A stretch of DNA of 64,000 nucleotides. Origin: Spirochaetia bacterium (lineage in GTDB: Bacteria > Spirochaetota > Spirochaetia > DSM-2461). The DNA lies in the NCBI GenBank assembly GCA_963668315.1, contig OY764216.1:2720001-2784000 (forward strand). Reading direction: 5' to 3'. Position 1 is the stretch's first letter; each line of letters begins with the position of its first letter. The position numbers and the translations under genes are program-made. The notes below the pieces were generated by a model that ran no database searches, was not told the origin of the DNA, and worked only from the letters and a program-made list of their open reading frames with translations. This document shows positions 29,170 to 37,978 of the stretch, piece after piece.

Positions 29170-30138
29170 TTATCCCTTGGTATTGCTGTAGGACACTTTG
29201 GGATTGATGACCATATAGATCATATCGACGACCAGGTTGATCACCACATAGATAATGGCGATAAACAGGACAGCCCCCTGGATCAGCAGGTAGTCGCGGT
29301 TTTCAATGGCGTCGTAGATGAGTCTGCCCATGCCGGGCCAGCTGAAAATGGTTTCCGTTAAGATAGCGCCGGCCAGAAGGTAGGAAATCTGCATTCCTAT
29401 CACCGTGAGAATGGGGGGGAAGGCGTTTTTCAGAGCATGCTTCCAGATAACGATGGATTCCTTGATCCCCCGGGCGCGCAGAGCTTTGACATAATCCTGA
29501 TTCACCACTTCCAGCATGCTGGCGCGGGTGATACGGGCGAAGGTGGCCATGGGAATGGTGGCGAGGCAGAAGCCGGGAAGGATCATATGGCTGATGACGT
29601 CTCCCAGGCCGTACTGCAGGCTTCCCATGCCCAGGGCGGGAAGCCAGGCCAGGTTGACGCTGAATACGAGAACCAGCATCAGGCCCAGCCAGAAAATCGG
29701 CATGGAAACCCCCACCAGGGCGAGCATCATGGCGACATAGTCAAACAGAGAGTACTGTTTCGTCGCCGAGATGACCCCGACGGGAATTCCCACCAGAGAT
29801 GCCAGGAACAGGGCAAAAACACTTAAAAGCAGGGTATTGGGAAATTTCTCGAGAATCAGTTTGGTTACCGGTTCGCTGTAGGCATAGGATGTGCCGAAGT
29901 CTCCCCGGACTACGTTTTTCAGATACATAAGGTACTGAATCCCGATATTCTTATCCAATCCCAGTTCCGTCTTAAGGTCGGCCACCGCATCGGCCGAGGC
30001 CTGGGGCCCCAGCATGGTCATCGCCGGATCGCCGGGAATCATCCTGGTGATCACGAAAATGATGGTGGATACGATCAGCAGTATGGGAATCAATTGCCAG
30101 AGCCGCTTTAAAAATGTCTTTATTACTATTCCTGTCAT
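29170..30138 (-). CDS. Oligopeptide ABC permease (OppB-like)
   Basis: IPGDP, GDFGTS, KHALKNA, ETIFSWPGMG. Confidence 0.95.
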   Translation of the reverse strand: MTGIVIKTFLKRLWQLIPILLIVSTIIFVITRMIPGDPAMTMLGPQASADAVADLKTELGLDKNIGIQYLMYLKNVVRGDFGTSYAYSEPVTKLILEKFPNTLLLSVFALFLASLVGIPVGVISATKQYSLFDYVAMMLALVGVSMPIFWLGLMLVLVFSVNLAWLPALGMGSLQYGLGDVISHMILPGFCLATIPMATFARITRASMLEVVNQDYVKALRARGIKESIVIWKHALKNAFPPILTVIGMQISYLLAGAILTETIFSWPGMGRLIYDAIENRDYLLIQGAVLFIAIIYVVINLVVDMIYMVINPKVSYSNTKG

Positions 30139-30145
30139 GTTTTAT

Positions 30146-31738
30146 TTATTCTTCTATGGATACGTTAATCTCGGGGGAAACGATAGTGATCGTGTTGTCC
30201 GAGCTGGTGTGGAATCCCTGAACAGCCTGATTGAAACCGTAGATAACTTTCTCATTGGAGTAGTTGATCCGGGCGTACTGCTCAACGATCAGCTTGAGGG
30301 CCTTCTGGTAAAGGGCCTTTCTCTCCTGAAGATCGGAAACGATCAGAGCTTCGTCAAGAAGGGCGTCCACTTCGGGGCTGTTGAATCCCTGGCCGTTACC
30401 GAGAGCACCGATTTCGGAACTGTGGAACATCTTGTTCAGGAAGAAGAAGGGGTCGGGATACCAGGTCCAGGACATGCCGTACATATCGGCCTTACCGCTG
30501 GAAGCCACTTCGCTGAAGGTTCCCCATTCGGTGGTCTTGATGTCCAGGTCGATATTGAGGTTCTTCTTGAGGTAAGCCTGAATGATGGTGGTCATCTTCA
30601 CACGGGCGGGCTTGTTGGTTACGTAGACGGACAGGGTGAAACCGCCGTCGGGGTATCCGGCCTCGGCCAGAAGTTTCTTGGCTCCTTCCGGATCGTACGC
30701 GGGAATGAGAGATTCCAGGGAAGCGTCGTAGCCCCAGGATCCGGGAGGAAGGGGAAGGTAGGCTCTTTGGGCTTCGCCGTTGGGATAGATTCCCTTGAGC
30801 ATCGTGTCGATGTCGATAGCCTTGATGATGGCTTCACGGACACGGATGTCGGCGGTGGGGCCGTGCATCAGGTTCATGTAAAGGTAAGCCACGTGGAGAC
30901 CGGGAACTTCCTGGATATCCAGAGCGGGGTTCTCTTGGACGAGCTGAACGTTCTCTCCGCCCAGGTCGGTGGCCACGTCGATTTCGCCGCTTCTCAGGGC
31001 GTTGATCATCTGGTTCTGATCGGAGATGAACTTGAAAACGACGCCGTCGAGGTTGGCCTTGGGGCCCCAGTAGTTGTCGTGGCGGACGAGGATGGCTTCC
31101 TGGTCGTTCTTGAAATCCTGGAGAGCGAAGGGACCGGTTCCGACAAGGTGAGTGTTAAAGCTGTCTCCCCATCCTTCCACATCTTCCGGGGAAACGATAA
31201 CGTTGCCCGCGTCGGTCAGAACCGTCAGGAAAGCGGCGTTGGGGGTGTCGAGGATACATTTAACGGTATATTTGTCTACCACTTCGGCGGATACGAGCAT
31301 GCTTAGTCTGTTCATGGCGGACTGTTTGGCCGAACGTTCAAGAGAGTAGGCCACATCTTCGGCAGTCATGTTCTTGCCGTCCTGGTATGCGCTTTTCTGG
31401 AAGTAAGCGTCCTCTCTGAGTTTAAAGGTGTATTCCGTACCGTCTTCGCTTACCGTCCAGCTTTCGGCCAGGGCGGGAACGATGTCGGAAAGATCCTTGT
31501 TGTAAGCGACTACCGTATCGGCAACGCTTCTGATGATGTTGCTTTCGTAGACGCCGGTGTACTTGATGGGATCCAGATTCTTAGGAACCGATGCCAGAGC
31601 CAGGGTGAGTACGTTACCCCGGCCTTTTCTGGAAATACTGTCGGCCTGGGCCGCGGAATCGCCTTCCCCTGCGCCGTTGGCGTACAGGGAAGCGAAACTA
31701 AGAATGGCAGTGAGAATTAACATTCCTACTTTCTTCAT
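30146..31738 (-). CDS. Family-5 (peptide-type) solute-binding protein
   Basis: Signal peptide; PALAESWTVSEDGTEYTFKLR, GTGPF, YWG; AGGAG SD. Confidence 0.93.
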   Translation of the reverse strand: MKKVGMLILTAILSFASLYANGAGEGDSAAQADSISRKGRGNVLTLALASVPKNLDPIKYTGVYESNIIRSVADTVVAYNKDLSDIVPALAESWTVSEDGTEYTFKLREDAYFQKSAYQDGKNMTAEDVAYSLERSAKQSAMNRLSMLVSAEVVDKYTVKCILDTPNAAFLTVLTDAGNVIVSPEDVEGWGDSFNTHLVGTGPFALQDFKNDQEAILVRHDNYWGPKANLDGVVFKFISDQNQMINALRSGEIDVATDLGGENVQLVQENPALDIQEVPGLHVAYLYMNLMHGPTADIRVREAIIKAIDIDTMLKGIYPNGEAQRAYLPLPPGSWGYDASLESLIPAYDPEGAKKLLAEAGYPDGGFTLSVYVTNKPARVKMTTIIQAYLKKNLNIDLDIKTTEWGTFSEVASSGKADMYGMSWTWYPDPFFFLNKMFHSSEIGALGNGQGFNSPEVDALLDEALIVSDLQERKALYQKALKLIVEQYARINYSNEKVIYGFNQAVQGFHTSSDNTITIVSPEINVSIEE

Positions 31739-31829
31739 TTCTTACTCCTATTATAATAGTTTGGGGCATATGCCCCGGATATCAAGAGAGAGAATTGGTA
31801 TTTTTTCTCCTATGATATGAATGAAAGAG

Positions 31830-31870
31830 ATATTGCCGTAAAAAAAAACTTAGAACAATGTGCAATTGCC
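31830..31870 (-). promoter_or_regulatory. opp operon promoter with activator box
   Basis: Minus strand GGCAATTGCACA-TTGTTC-17bp-CAATAT. Confidence 0.6.
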
Positions 31871-32027
31871 TATTCCCTGGGCGACAATGAAATGGGGCAA
31901 AAGCTTCCTCCGCGATTCAATAAAATGATATTTGCTTAAAATCCGAAGAATATCTCTCTAGAAGGGATTGATTCCCCCGCCGTTCAATTAATAACAGCCT
32001 CAGGAGATAGTCTTATGGGATATTCGG

Positions 32028-32040
32028 AATGTGCAAATGC
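32028..32040. promoter_or_regulatory. Third copy of AATGTGCA box
   Basis: AATGTGCAAATGC, 12/13 match to the copy at 31857. Confidence 0.5.
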
Positions 32041-32130
32041 TTAATAAAATCCGTGATAATTTTGGCGAAACGGCAATGGTTTGCCGTTAAGTTAGGGCGG
32101 ATATCCCTAGGAAAGGAGGGGGGAAGAGTC

Positions 32131-32202
32131 ATGAATCATGGAAAAATCCCTCCTCCTTATCCCCGGGAGAATCCTCTCCTGCCGTATGTCCCGGGGATAT
32201 AA
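32131..32202 (+). CDS. Possible Pro-rich small ORF MNHGKIPPPYPRENPLLPYVPGI
   Basis: AAGGAGGGGGG upstream; 7 of 23 codons Pro; may be a by-product of hairpin sequence. Confidence 0.3.
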   Translation: MNHGKIPPPYPRENPLLPYVPGI

Positions 32203-32204
32203 GT

Positions 32205-32244
32205 GGCAACTGCACATTGCATAAATATTCCCGATTGACAATAT
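32205..32244 (+). promoter_or_regulatory. aroM promoter with activator box (leaderless)
   Basis: GGCAACTGCACA-TTGCAT-16bp-CAATAT, ATG follows after 7 nt. Confidence 0.6.
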
Positions 32245-32251
32245 TTAAGCC

Positions 32252-32938
32252 ATGAAACTTGGAATACTGACCATCGGTCAATCCCCGAGAGTCGACTTGA
32301 CGAAGGATATCCTGCCTCTTCTGAAGGAAGGGACGGAAGTCGTAGAGAGGGGAGCTTTGGATAATCTGGACAGGGCGGCTGTGGAGAAACTGGCCCCCGT
32401 CGAAGAAGGGCATCTCCTCGTGACCCGCATGAAGGACGGCTCCCAGGTCAGGCTGGCGGAGGAGAAGCTGCTCCCTCTCATGCAGGAGGGGATCGACTTT
32501 CTGGAAGGGAAGGGATGTTCCATCATCCTCCTTCTGTGTACCGGAGAGTTTCCTCCCTTCAGGCACAGCGCCCTTCTTATCCGGCCGCAGGAACTGCTGA
32601 ATCAGGTCGTCGGTCTTATAGCCGACGGACTTCCCCTGGGCGTGATGGTTCCCGACAGCAGACAGATCTCCCAGGCTCGGATGCGCTGGGAGGGAAAAAC
32701 CGCCCGTCTTTCCCTTGCGTCCGGTTCTCCCTACCTGGATAGGGAAGGGATCAGAGATGCGGGGTTCCGGCTGAAAGAAGCGTCACCCTCTCTGATTTTT
32801 CTGGATTGCATGGGCTACACCGTTGAGATGAAGAAAATTGTTGAGAAGATAACCGGAGCCCGGGTCATTCTTCCCCGAACGCTGATAATAAGAATTATCA
32901 ATGAACTGCTGGAGTCAGACCGGCAGGATGAAAAATAG
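32252..32938 (+). CDS. AroM-family protein
   Basis: LTIGQSPR.D, RGALD, LVTRMKDG, LLCTGEF, ASGSPY, LDCMGY. Confidence 0.88.
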   Translation: MKLGILTIGQSPRVDLTKDILPLLKEGTEVVERGALDNLDRAAVEKLAPVEEGHLLVTRMKDGSQVRLAEEKLLPLMQEGIDFLEGKGCSIILLLCTGEFPPFRHSALLIRPQELLNQVVGLIADGLPLGVMVPDSRQISQARMRWEGKTARLSLASGSPYLDREGIRDAGFRLKEASPSLIFLDCMGYTVEMKKIVEKITGARVILPRTLIIRIINELLESDRQDEK

Positions 32939-33009
32939 CAGGGAGTGCCGGGATATGTCCCGGCTGTCCCGAATACTGATAAATCAAAAATATAAAATAA
33001 GGAATTGAC

Positions 33010-33942
33010 ATGCTAATCAAACAGGTAATCGAATTATTTGATCTTCTGGACAGCCCCTCGGCCAGCGGAAACATTATAAAGGATTTTTTCCAGACCCGGG
33101 ATATCAATGACGTGACTATCACCGAATTGAAGGGATCCAAAGGAACGACAGACTGCATCAAAGTCGTTATTAATGGCAAGAACGGCCGCAGTTCCGGCGG
33201 ATCGGTTCCCACGCTGGGGATTATCGGCCGTCTGGGAGGGCTGGGTGCCCGTCCCGAGATGATCGGTTTTGTATCCGATGGAGACGGGGCTCTGGCGGCT
33301 CTGGCGGCGGCTCTCAAGCTGGGCGAGATGCACAGCCGCGGCGATATCCTGGAGGGTGATGTCATCATCACGACCCATATCTGCCCCGATGCCCCGACCC
33401 TGGAGCACTATCCCGTTCCCTTCATGAACTCTCCCATCAGCATGGATCAGATGAATGAAGAGGAGATTGACCCCGCCATGGAAATGATCCTCTCCATTGA
33501 TACGACCAAGGGAAACGAAATCATCAATGTAAACGGCATCGCCCTTTCGCCCACGGTGAAGGAAGGATATATTCTTCCCGTCAGTTATGATCTTCTCAAT
33601 GTCATGAAAAGGGTAACCGGTTCGAAACCGGACGTTTTCGCCCTCTCTACCCAGGATATTACCCCCTACAGCAACGAAATGCCCCACGTAAACAGCATTC
33701 TCCAGCCGGCGACGGCGACCAAAGCCCCAGTCGTCGGAGTGGCGGTAACCACGGAAAGTCCCGTTGCGGGATGTGCCACGGGGGCCACCAGCTTCATCAG
33801 CGTTGAACAGGCGGCCCGTTTTGTCGTGGAAGTGGCAAAGGATATCAGCAAGGGAATCTGCTCCTTCTACAGCGAAGACAACTTCCGGGAACTGATCTCC
33901 CGCTACGGCTCAATGGAACATTTGAGCAACCCCGGTAAATAG
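33010..33942 (+). CDS. DUF1177-family protein
   Basis: PTLGIIGRLGGLGARP, GFVSDGDGA, THICP, SIDTTKGN, QDITPY, NSILQP, GCATGA. Confidence 0.82.
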   Translation: MLIKQVIELFDLLDSPSASGNIIKDFFQTRDINDVTITELKGSKGTTDCIKVVINGKNGRSSGGSVPTLGIIGRLGGLGARPEMIGFVSDGDGALAALAAALKLGEMHSRGDILEGDVIITTHICPDAPTLEHYPVPFMNSPISMDQMNEEEIDPAMEMILSIDTTKGNEIINVNGIALSPTVKEGYILPVSYDLLNVMKRVTGSKPDVFALSTQDITPYSNEMPHVNSILQPATATKAPVVGVAVTTESPVAGCATGATSFISVEQAARFVVEVAKDISKGICSFYSEDNFRELISRYGSMEHLSNPGK

Positions 33943-33950
33943 TTCTCTCC

Positions 33951-33999
33951 AGAGACTTCCTTCCCTTTTGTTGACGGGGAGGGGAGTCTCTTTTTTTTT
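33951..33999 (+). terminator. Intrinsic terminator
   Basis: AGAGACTTCCTTCCC...GGGGAGGGGAGTCTCT + T-run. Confidence 0.8.
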
Positions 34000-34000
34000 C

Positions 34001-35503
34001 TCAGGACTCCACGGAATAGATTAGGTCCAGTTTTAATCCCAGCTGCATTACCAGAATGCCTTCCTGGCTTTTCAGGTCCAGGCTGGTAAGAGATTTGATC
34101 TTCTCCATCCGCTGGTACAGGGTGTTTCTGTGGATCCCCAGCTCTTCGGATGCTTCGGATATGTGAAACTCCTTCCTGGCCAGAATATCCATGGTCTTCA
34201 GCAGATTCTCATTGTATTCGGCATCGTTCTTTCTCAAAGTCAGAATCGTGTTGTTATAGAGCCTCTGAAGAATCGGATTATCCTTCTGCCCGATAAGGAA
34301 GTGGTAGAGGAGCAGATCGTTGAAGGTGAGGAATTTCTTGCTGTGGGGAAAGAGGGACTGACCGACCCGCAGGCTGAACAGGGCGTCCTGGTAAGCCATG
34401 CGGAGGTCAAACAGATCCTGGTAGGCCCGACTGTTTCCGACGACGCACTCCAGCTGGGGATAATTCCTCTCAATTCTGTCCATCAGGGCGAATACCCGGT
34501 TGGCGGCAGTGGCATCGCTCTCATCGCCCTTCTCGTGGATGGAGATGACCTGCTCCTGGTCAAAGAGAAAATAGTTGTCCGGAAAAGCCTTCTCGCACAG
34601 ATGGATAATCACATCGGGGTTATGGACGGACCTGTTGAAGTTCCTCAGCTTCAGAATCCAGATATACCGTAATCCCTCAAAGGGAATATGGTAGATGTCG
34701 CACTCCTTCTTGACCCCGTCCCTGTGGGAAATCAGCCCGTAGATGATGCTCATGAGGAATTCGCTTTTTTTCTTCTTCTCCTGCACGGGCAGACGGGAAT
34801 CGCCGATGCGCGCCATGAGAAGATAGGGCCTGAGCAGTTTCCGCTGCAGGATATCGGGAGCCATATTCGTCGGGAGAGCCTGGAAGAACACATAACCCGA
34901 AACGTGTCCGTAGGACATCATAACGTAGCCGTACCATCTGCTTGTATCATGATGAAAGAGTATTTCCTCCGTGCCTGTACCCGAAAAGGAGAGTTCGTTG
35001 TCCAGATGGACCGACCAGTCCTGGAAGGGAATGGACAGGGGCCTGTTGACCCTCGTGTCGGTTAAGAGCCTCTTGTCCTGCCCCAGGATTATCAGGTCAA
35101 TTCCTGTAACGGCCATGACAAGGGAGCAGGTATTGACCAGGTTGAAATGGGAGCTGCCGCTCAGGTTGTTCAGCGACTCCTTCAGTTCATCGAAGAGGGA
35201 GTCCGGATCATCGGGATCGATTAACTCTTCCGGAGTGGAGGCAAAGCGCAAGGCTGAGCGGAAGGGCTGTAATATTTTCTCAATCTCATCCTGCCTTTCC
35301 GGCTGGACATTGACAATGACGGTGGATCTGATCTCTTTGATCTTGAAGAATTCCATGGCGGAAAGCAGCTCTTTCCCTGTGAAGAAGAGGGGGAAAAGGC
35401 AGACGCTGCAGGAGGGGGTCAGACGATTGAGATCGGCCGGGGTAAAAACGATCCGGATATCTTTTTTGGGAATAAACGGTCTGTGGCTCTCCTCGGTACT
35501 CAT
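34001..35503 (-). CDS. PucR/CdaR-family transcriptional regulator
   Basis: C-terminal HTH ASEELGIHRNTLYQRMEKI..LDL; GGDEF-like central region. Confidence 0.85.
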   Translation of the reverse strand: MSTEESHRPFIPKKDIRIVFTPADLNRLTPSCSVCLFPLFFTGKELLSAMEFFKIKEIRSTVIVNVQPERQDEIEKILQPFRSALRFASTPEELIDPDDPDSLFDELKESLNNLSGSSHFNLVNTCSLVMAVTGIDLIILGQDKRLLTDTRVNRPLSIPFQDWSVHLDNELSFSGTGTEEILFHHDTSRWYGYVMMSYGHVSGYVFFQALPTNMAPDILQRKLLRPYLLMARIGDSRLPVQEKKKKSEFLMSIIYGLISHRDGVKKECDIYHIPFEGLRYIWILKLRNFNRSVHNPDVIIHLCEKAFPDNYFLFDQEQVISIHEKGDESDATAANRVFALMDRIERNYPQLECVVGNSRAYQDLFDLRMAYQDALFSLRVGQSLFPHSKKFLTFNDLLLYHFLIGQKDNPILQRLYNNTILTLRKNDAEYNENLLKTMDILARKEFHISEASEELGIHRNTLYQRMEKIKSLTSLDLKSQEGILVMQLGLKLDLIYSVES

Positions 35504-35657
35504 AACTATAGTTTACGGGAAAAATCCCGGCTGTTCTACTGCAATTCAGGGAAAAATGTCCTATCGCAGGAACTGGGGCGCATCCCGGGAATAAATCCGG
35601 CGGTCCCTTCGTTATACGGTCCGCTCTTCGCCTGGGGGAAAAGAACGCGCTGTCCCC

Positions 35658-36758
35658 TCAGTTCTTCCTGAATATCCCTTCCGCGGCCCTTTTCTCCACC
35701 ACATTGAGAACCAGGGGCTGGGAGAGATCATCCTGGCTCTGCTGCCAGGTGACATAATACTTATCCCCGAATTCCAATACGTCCGCGTATCGGCTCGTTC
35801 TCATGCCCATGGGGCTCAGGAAAGAAGGTTTGTATCGGGAAATCCTTTCGAAGGTGGTCACATCCTCGTTTGAGATAACGGCGAGTCCTCCGATCTCTTC
35901 GCAGGAGAATCCCCGCGGCCTTTTCACGGCGCCGGCATGTTCGTCCAGCTGTCTGAGCGATTCCCCGCCGTCATAAAAGAGGGCGGTGATTTTTTCATCC
36001 GATTCAACGGGGAGATCAATCAGGGAGGTCCCCCGGGTGATGGCCACATCCCAGGTATTGCCCCGGGGGAAAATGTTGTATGACGCCCTTCGGAACTTCT
36101 TCTCTCCCCGGGGACGCACCATGAACCCCGTATCGGAGGAGCTCCAGCAGAAGGGGTGATGGCAGAAGAGAAGCCAGGTGTCTCCGTTCTCGCAGTCATA
36201 GACGAAGGGGTCTTTCACATTGATGGTGGTGAGATCTTCGCTGCGATGGATTTCTCTGACCGGGGAGTTCTGGAGCTTCTCAACGGAGGGGGCGGATTTA
36301 TAATCGATGCTCCATATACCCGTTCCCGGTTTCAGGTAATCGGCGAACTCCCCCGTATAGACGCGTCCCTTCTTCTCTGTGGAGATGAACAGTTCCACGT
36401 CTCCTCCCGCCGTTCTGTGCAGGGCGCATCCTTCTATGGAGAGCACTTCCAGATCACCCACGTTCAGGTCTGCCTTGTTCATGGATACGACTTTTTTCCA
36501 GTTCTTCCCTTCGTCGTCCGATCGCCAGATGGCCAGTTCGCAGCCCCTGGTTCCCAGTTTCACTCCCGTTCGGGAATCACCGCCGCTGCGGTAGCGGCCG
36601 CAGACGTAAAGACTGCCTTTCCACTCTATCATGTTGCCGCCTCCGAACCAGAAGCCGCTCTTCTGTTCCTGGGCGGGAATGATGACAGAAGCCTTTTCCT
36701 GGTCCATCAGCAAAGCGCCGAACTGTTCTATCTTCTCTGTCAGCTGTTTGTCTATCAT
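35658..36758 (-). CDS. Uncharacterised Asp-box/beta-propeller protein, glycoside-hydrolase-like
   Basis: Asp-box WRSDDEGKNW, VKDP motif; divergent from sugar ABC operon. Confidence 0.65.
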   Translation of the reverse strand: MIDKQLTEKIEQFGALLMDQEKASVIIPAQEQKSGFWFGGGNMIEWKGSLYVCGRYRSGGDSRTGVKLGTRGCELAIWRSDDEGKNWKKVVSMNKADLNVGDLEVLSIEGCALHRTAGGDVELFISTEKKGRVYTGEFADYLKPGTGIWSIDYKSAPSVEKLQNSPVREIHRSEDLTTINVKDPFVYDCENGDTWLLFCHHPFCWSSSDTGFMVRPRGEKKFRRASYNIFPRGNTWDVAITRGTSLIDLPVESDEKITALFYDGGESLRQLDEHAGAVKRPRGFSCEEIGGLAVISNEDVTTFERISRYKPSFLSPMGMRTSRYADVLEFGDKYYVTWQQSQDDLSQPLVLNVVEKRAAEGIFRKN

Positions 36759-36782
36759 ATAGAAAAAATCTCCTTGTCTTAA

Positions 36783-36816
36783 TGCGTCGTATAGCGATAT
36801 ATTACACCGCGATATA
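36783..36816. promoter_or_regulatory. Tandem 19-bp operators (probable ROK sites) over minus-strand promoter
   Basis: TGCGTCGTATAGCGATATA and TATATTACACCGCGATATA; promoter TTGACT-18bp-TAATAT (36828-36799). Confidence 0.65.
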
Positions 36817-36927
36817 ATAAGGAGTCAAGAAGTAAATGAAAGAATGAAACTTATTTAATATCTCATATATATAGATATACTGTCATTTATACAAAAATGA
36901 ACGTTTGAAGAAAGGGCGTAAAAAAAA

Positions 36928-36972
36928 TTGACAGATAATTTATAGAGGTATAATATGTAATGGTGCGATATA
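36928..36972 (+). promoter_or_regulatory. Promoter plus operator of ABC operon
   Basis: TTGACA-17bp-TAATAT; TATGTAATGGTGCGATATA at 36954-36972. Confidence 0.65.
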
Positions 36973-37021
36973 AAGAGAAGATCGACTTTTCAGAGTATGA
37001 TTTTTTCAAGGGAGGATCGAT

Positions 37022-37975
37022 TTGAAATCATCGGCGACAGCCCCTGAACTGGGAAGGACTGTATCACTATCCCGAAGAAATAAGGTGCGAATCAACCTGT
37101 GGTGCTGGGCCTTTCTGCTGCCCGCCTTGGTGATGTATGTCCTTTTCCAGGGATGGCCCATTGCGGCAAGCGTCTACTACTCTTTTCTTGACTGGTCAGG
37201 CCTCACCACGGCTACGGAGTGGGTGGGACTGGATAACTACTTCAATCTATTCAGGGATGAGCAATTCTGGAATGCCTTCGCCATCAGCTTTAAATACGCT
37301 CTCCTTTTTGTACCCGTCATGCTGGTCGTTTCTCTTCTTTTCGCCTATGTTCTTAACAAGACAACCCTGAAGGGGCGGCGGATTTACCGTACCCTCTATT
37401 TTGTTCCCGTCATAACGACACCGGCCATCGTGGGTATCGTTATGGTTTTCATCTGGAGTGTACAGGGACCCGTCAATTTTATCTTCATGCAGAGTGGTCT
37501 CTTCGAGAGGCCCCTGAACTTCCTGGGGACCAGCAGCACCGCCCTGGGGACGGTTCTCTTCATTTCCATCTGGAAAAACATGGGAATCTATATGATTTAC
37601 TGGCTGGCCGGACTACAGAGCGTGCCCCGGGAGGTCATTGAAGCGGCCACTATCGACGGAGCGTCGGAGAGACGGATTTTCTATTCCATCATTATGCCTC
37701 TCATCAAGCCCATCGCGGGTGTGATCGCCATTCTCTGTTTCATTAACGCCCTGAAGGTTTTCGATATCATCAAGACCATGACCGACGGCGGACCCTTCTA
37801 TTCGACCGATGTGGTGGCCACCTTCATCTACAGGACGGCTTTCTCCAGTGAGATTGGCCTTCCCCGGCTGGGGTATGCCAGCGCCGGGGCTACCGTTTTC
37901 GGGCTTGTTGTCATATTAGTCGGGCTGCTCACCAATACGGTGAAGAATCGCCTCGAATCGAGCAGGATGATATAA
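37022..37975 (+). CDS. Sugar ABC permease
   Basis: WVGLDNY, LAGLQSVP, EAATIDGA; GGAGG SD, TTG start. Confidence 0.92.
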   Translation: MKSSATAPELGRTVSLSRRNKVRINLWCWAFLLPALVMYVLFQGWPIAASVYYSFLDWSGLTTATEWVGLDNYFNLFRDEQFWNAFAISFKYALLFVPVMLVVSLLFAYVLNKTTLKGRRIYRTLYFVPVITTPAIVGIVMVFIWSVQGPVNFIFMQSGLFERPLNFLGTSSTALGTVLFISIWKNMGIYMIYWLAGLQSVPREVIEAATIDGASERRIFYSIIMPLIKPIAGVIAILCFINALKVFDIIKTMTDGGPFYSTDVVATFIYRTAFSSEIGLPRLGYASAGATVFGLVVILVGLLTNTVKNRLESSRMI

Positions 37976-37978
37976 AAA

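Noticed and set aside
27235..31306. Long plus-strand ORFs (708 aa, 430 aa) opposite the opp operon, and similar antisense ORFs across the window
   Set aside because: Shadows of GC3-biased real genes; no SD and no recognisable domains.
32204..32221. TGGC...TTGC resembling a sigma54 promoter
   Set aside because: GG-to-GC spacing is 12 nt rather than the required 10.
31763..32964. Short GGG(C/A)-TATG-CCC palindromes at ~31763 and ~32948 as a REP-like family
   Set aside because: Too short and variable to distinguish from ordinary leader or intercistronic hairpins.
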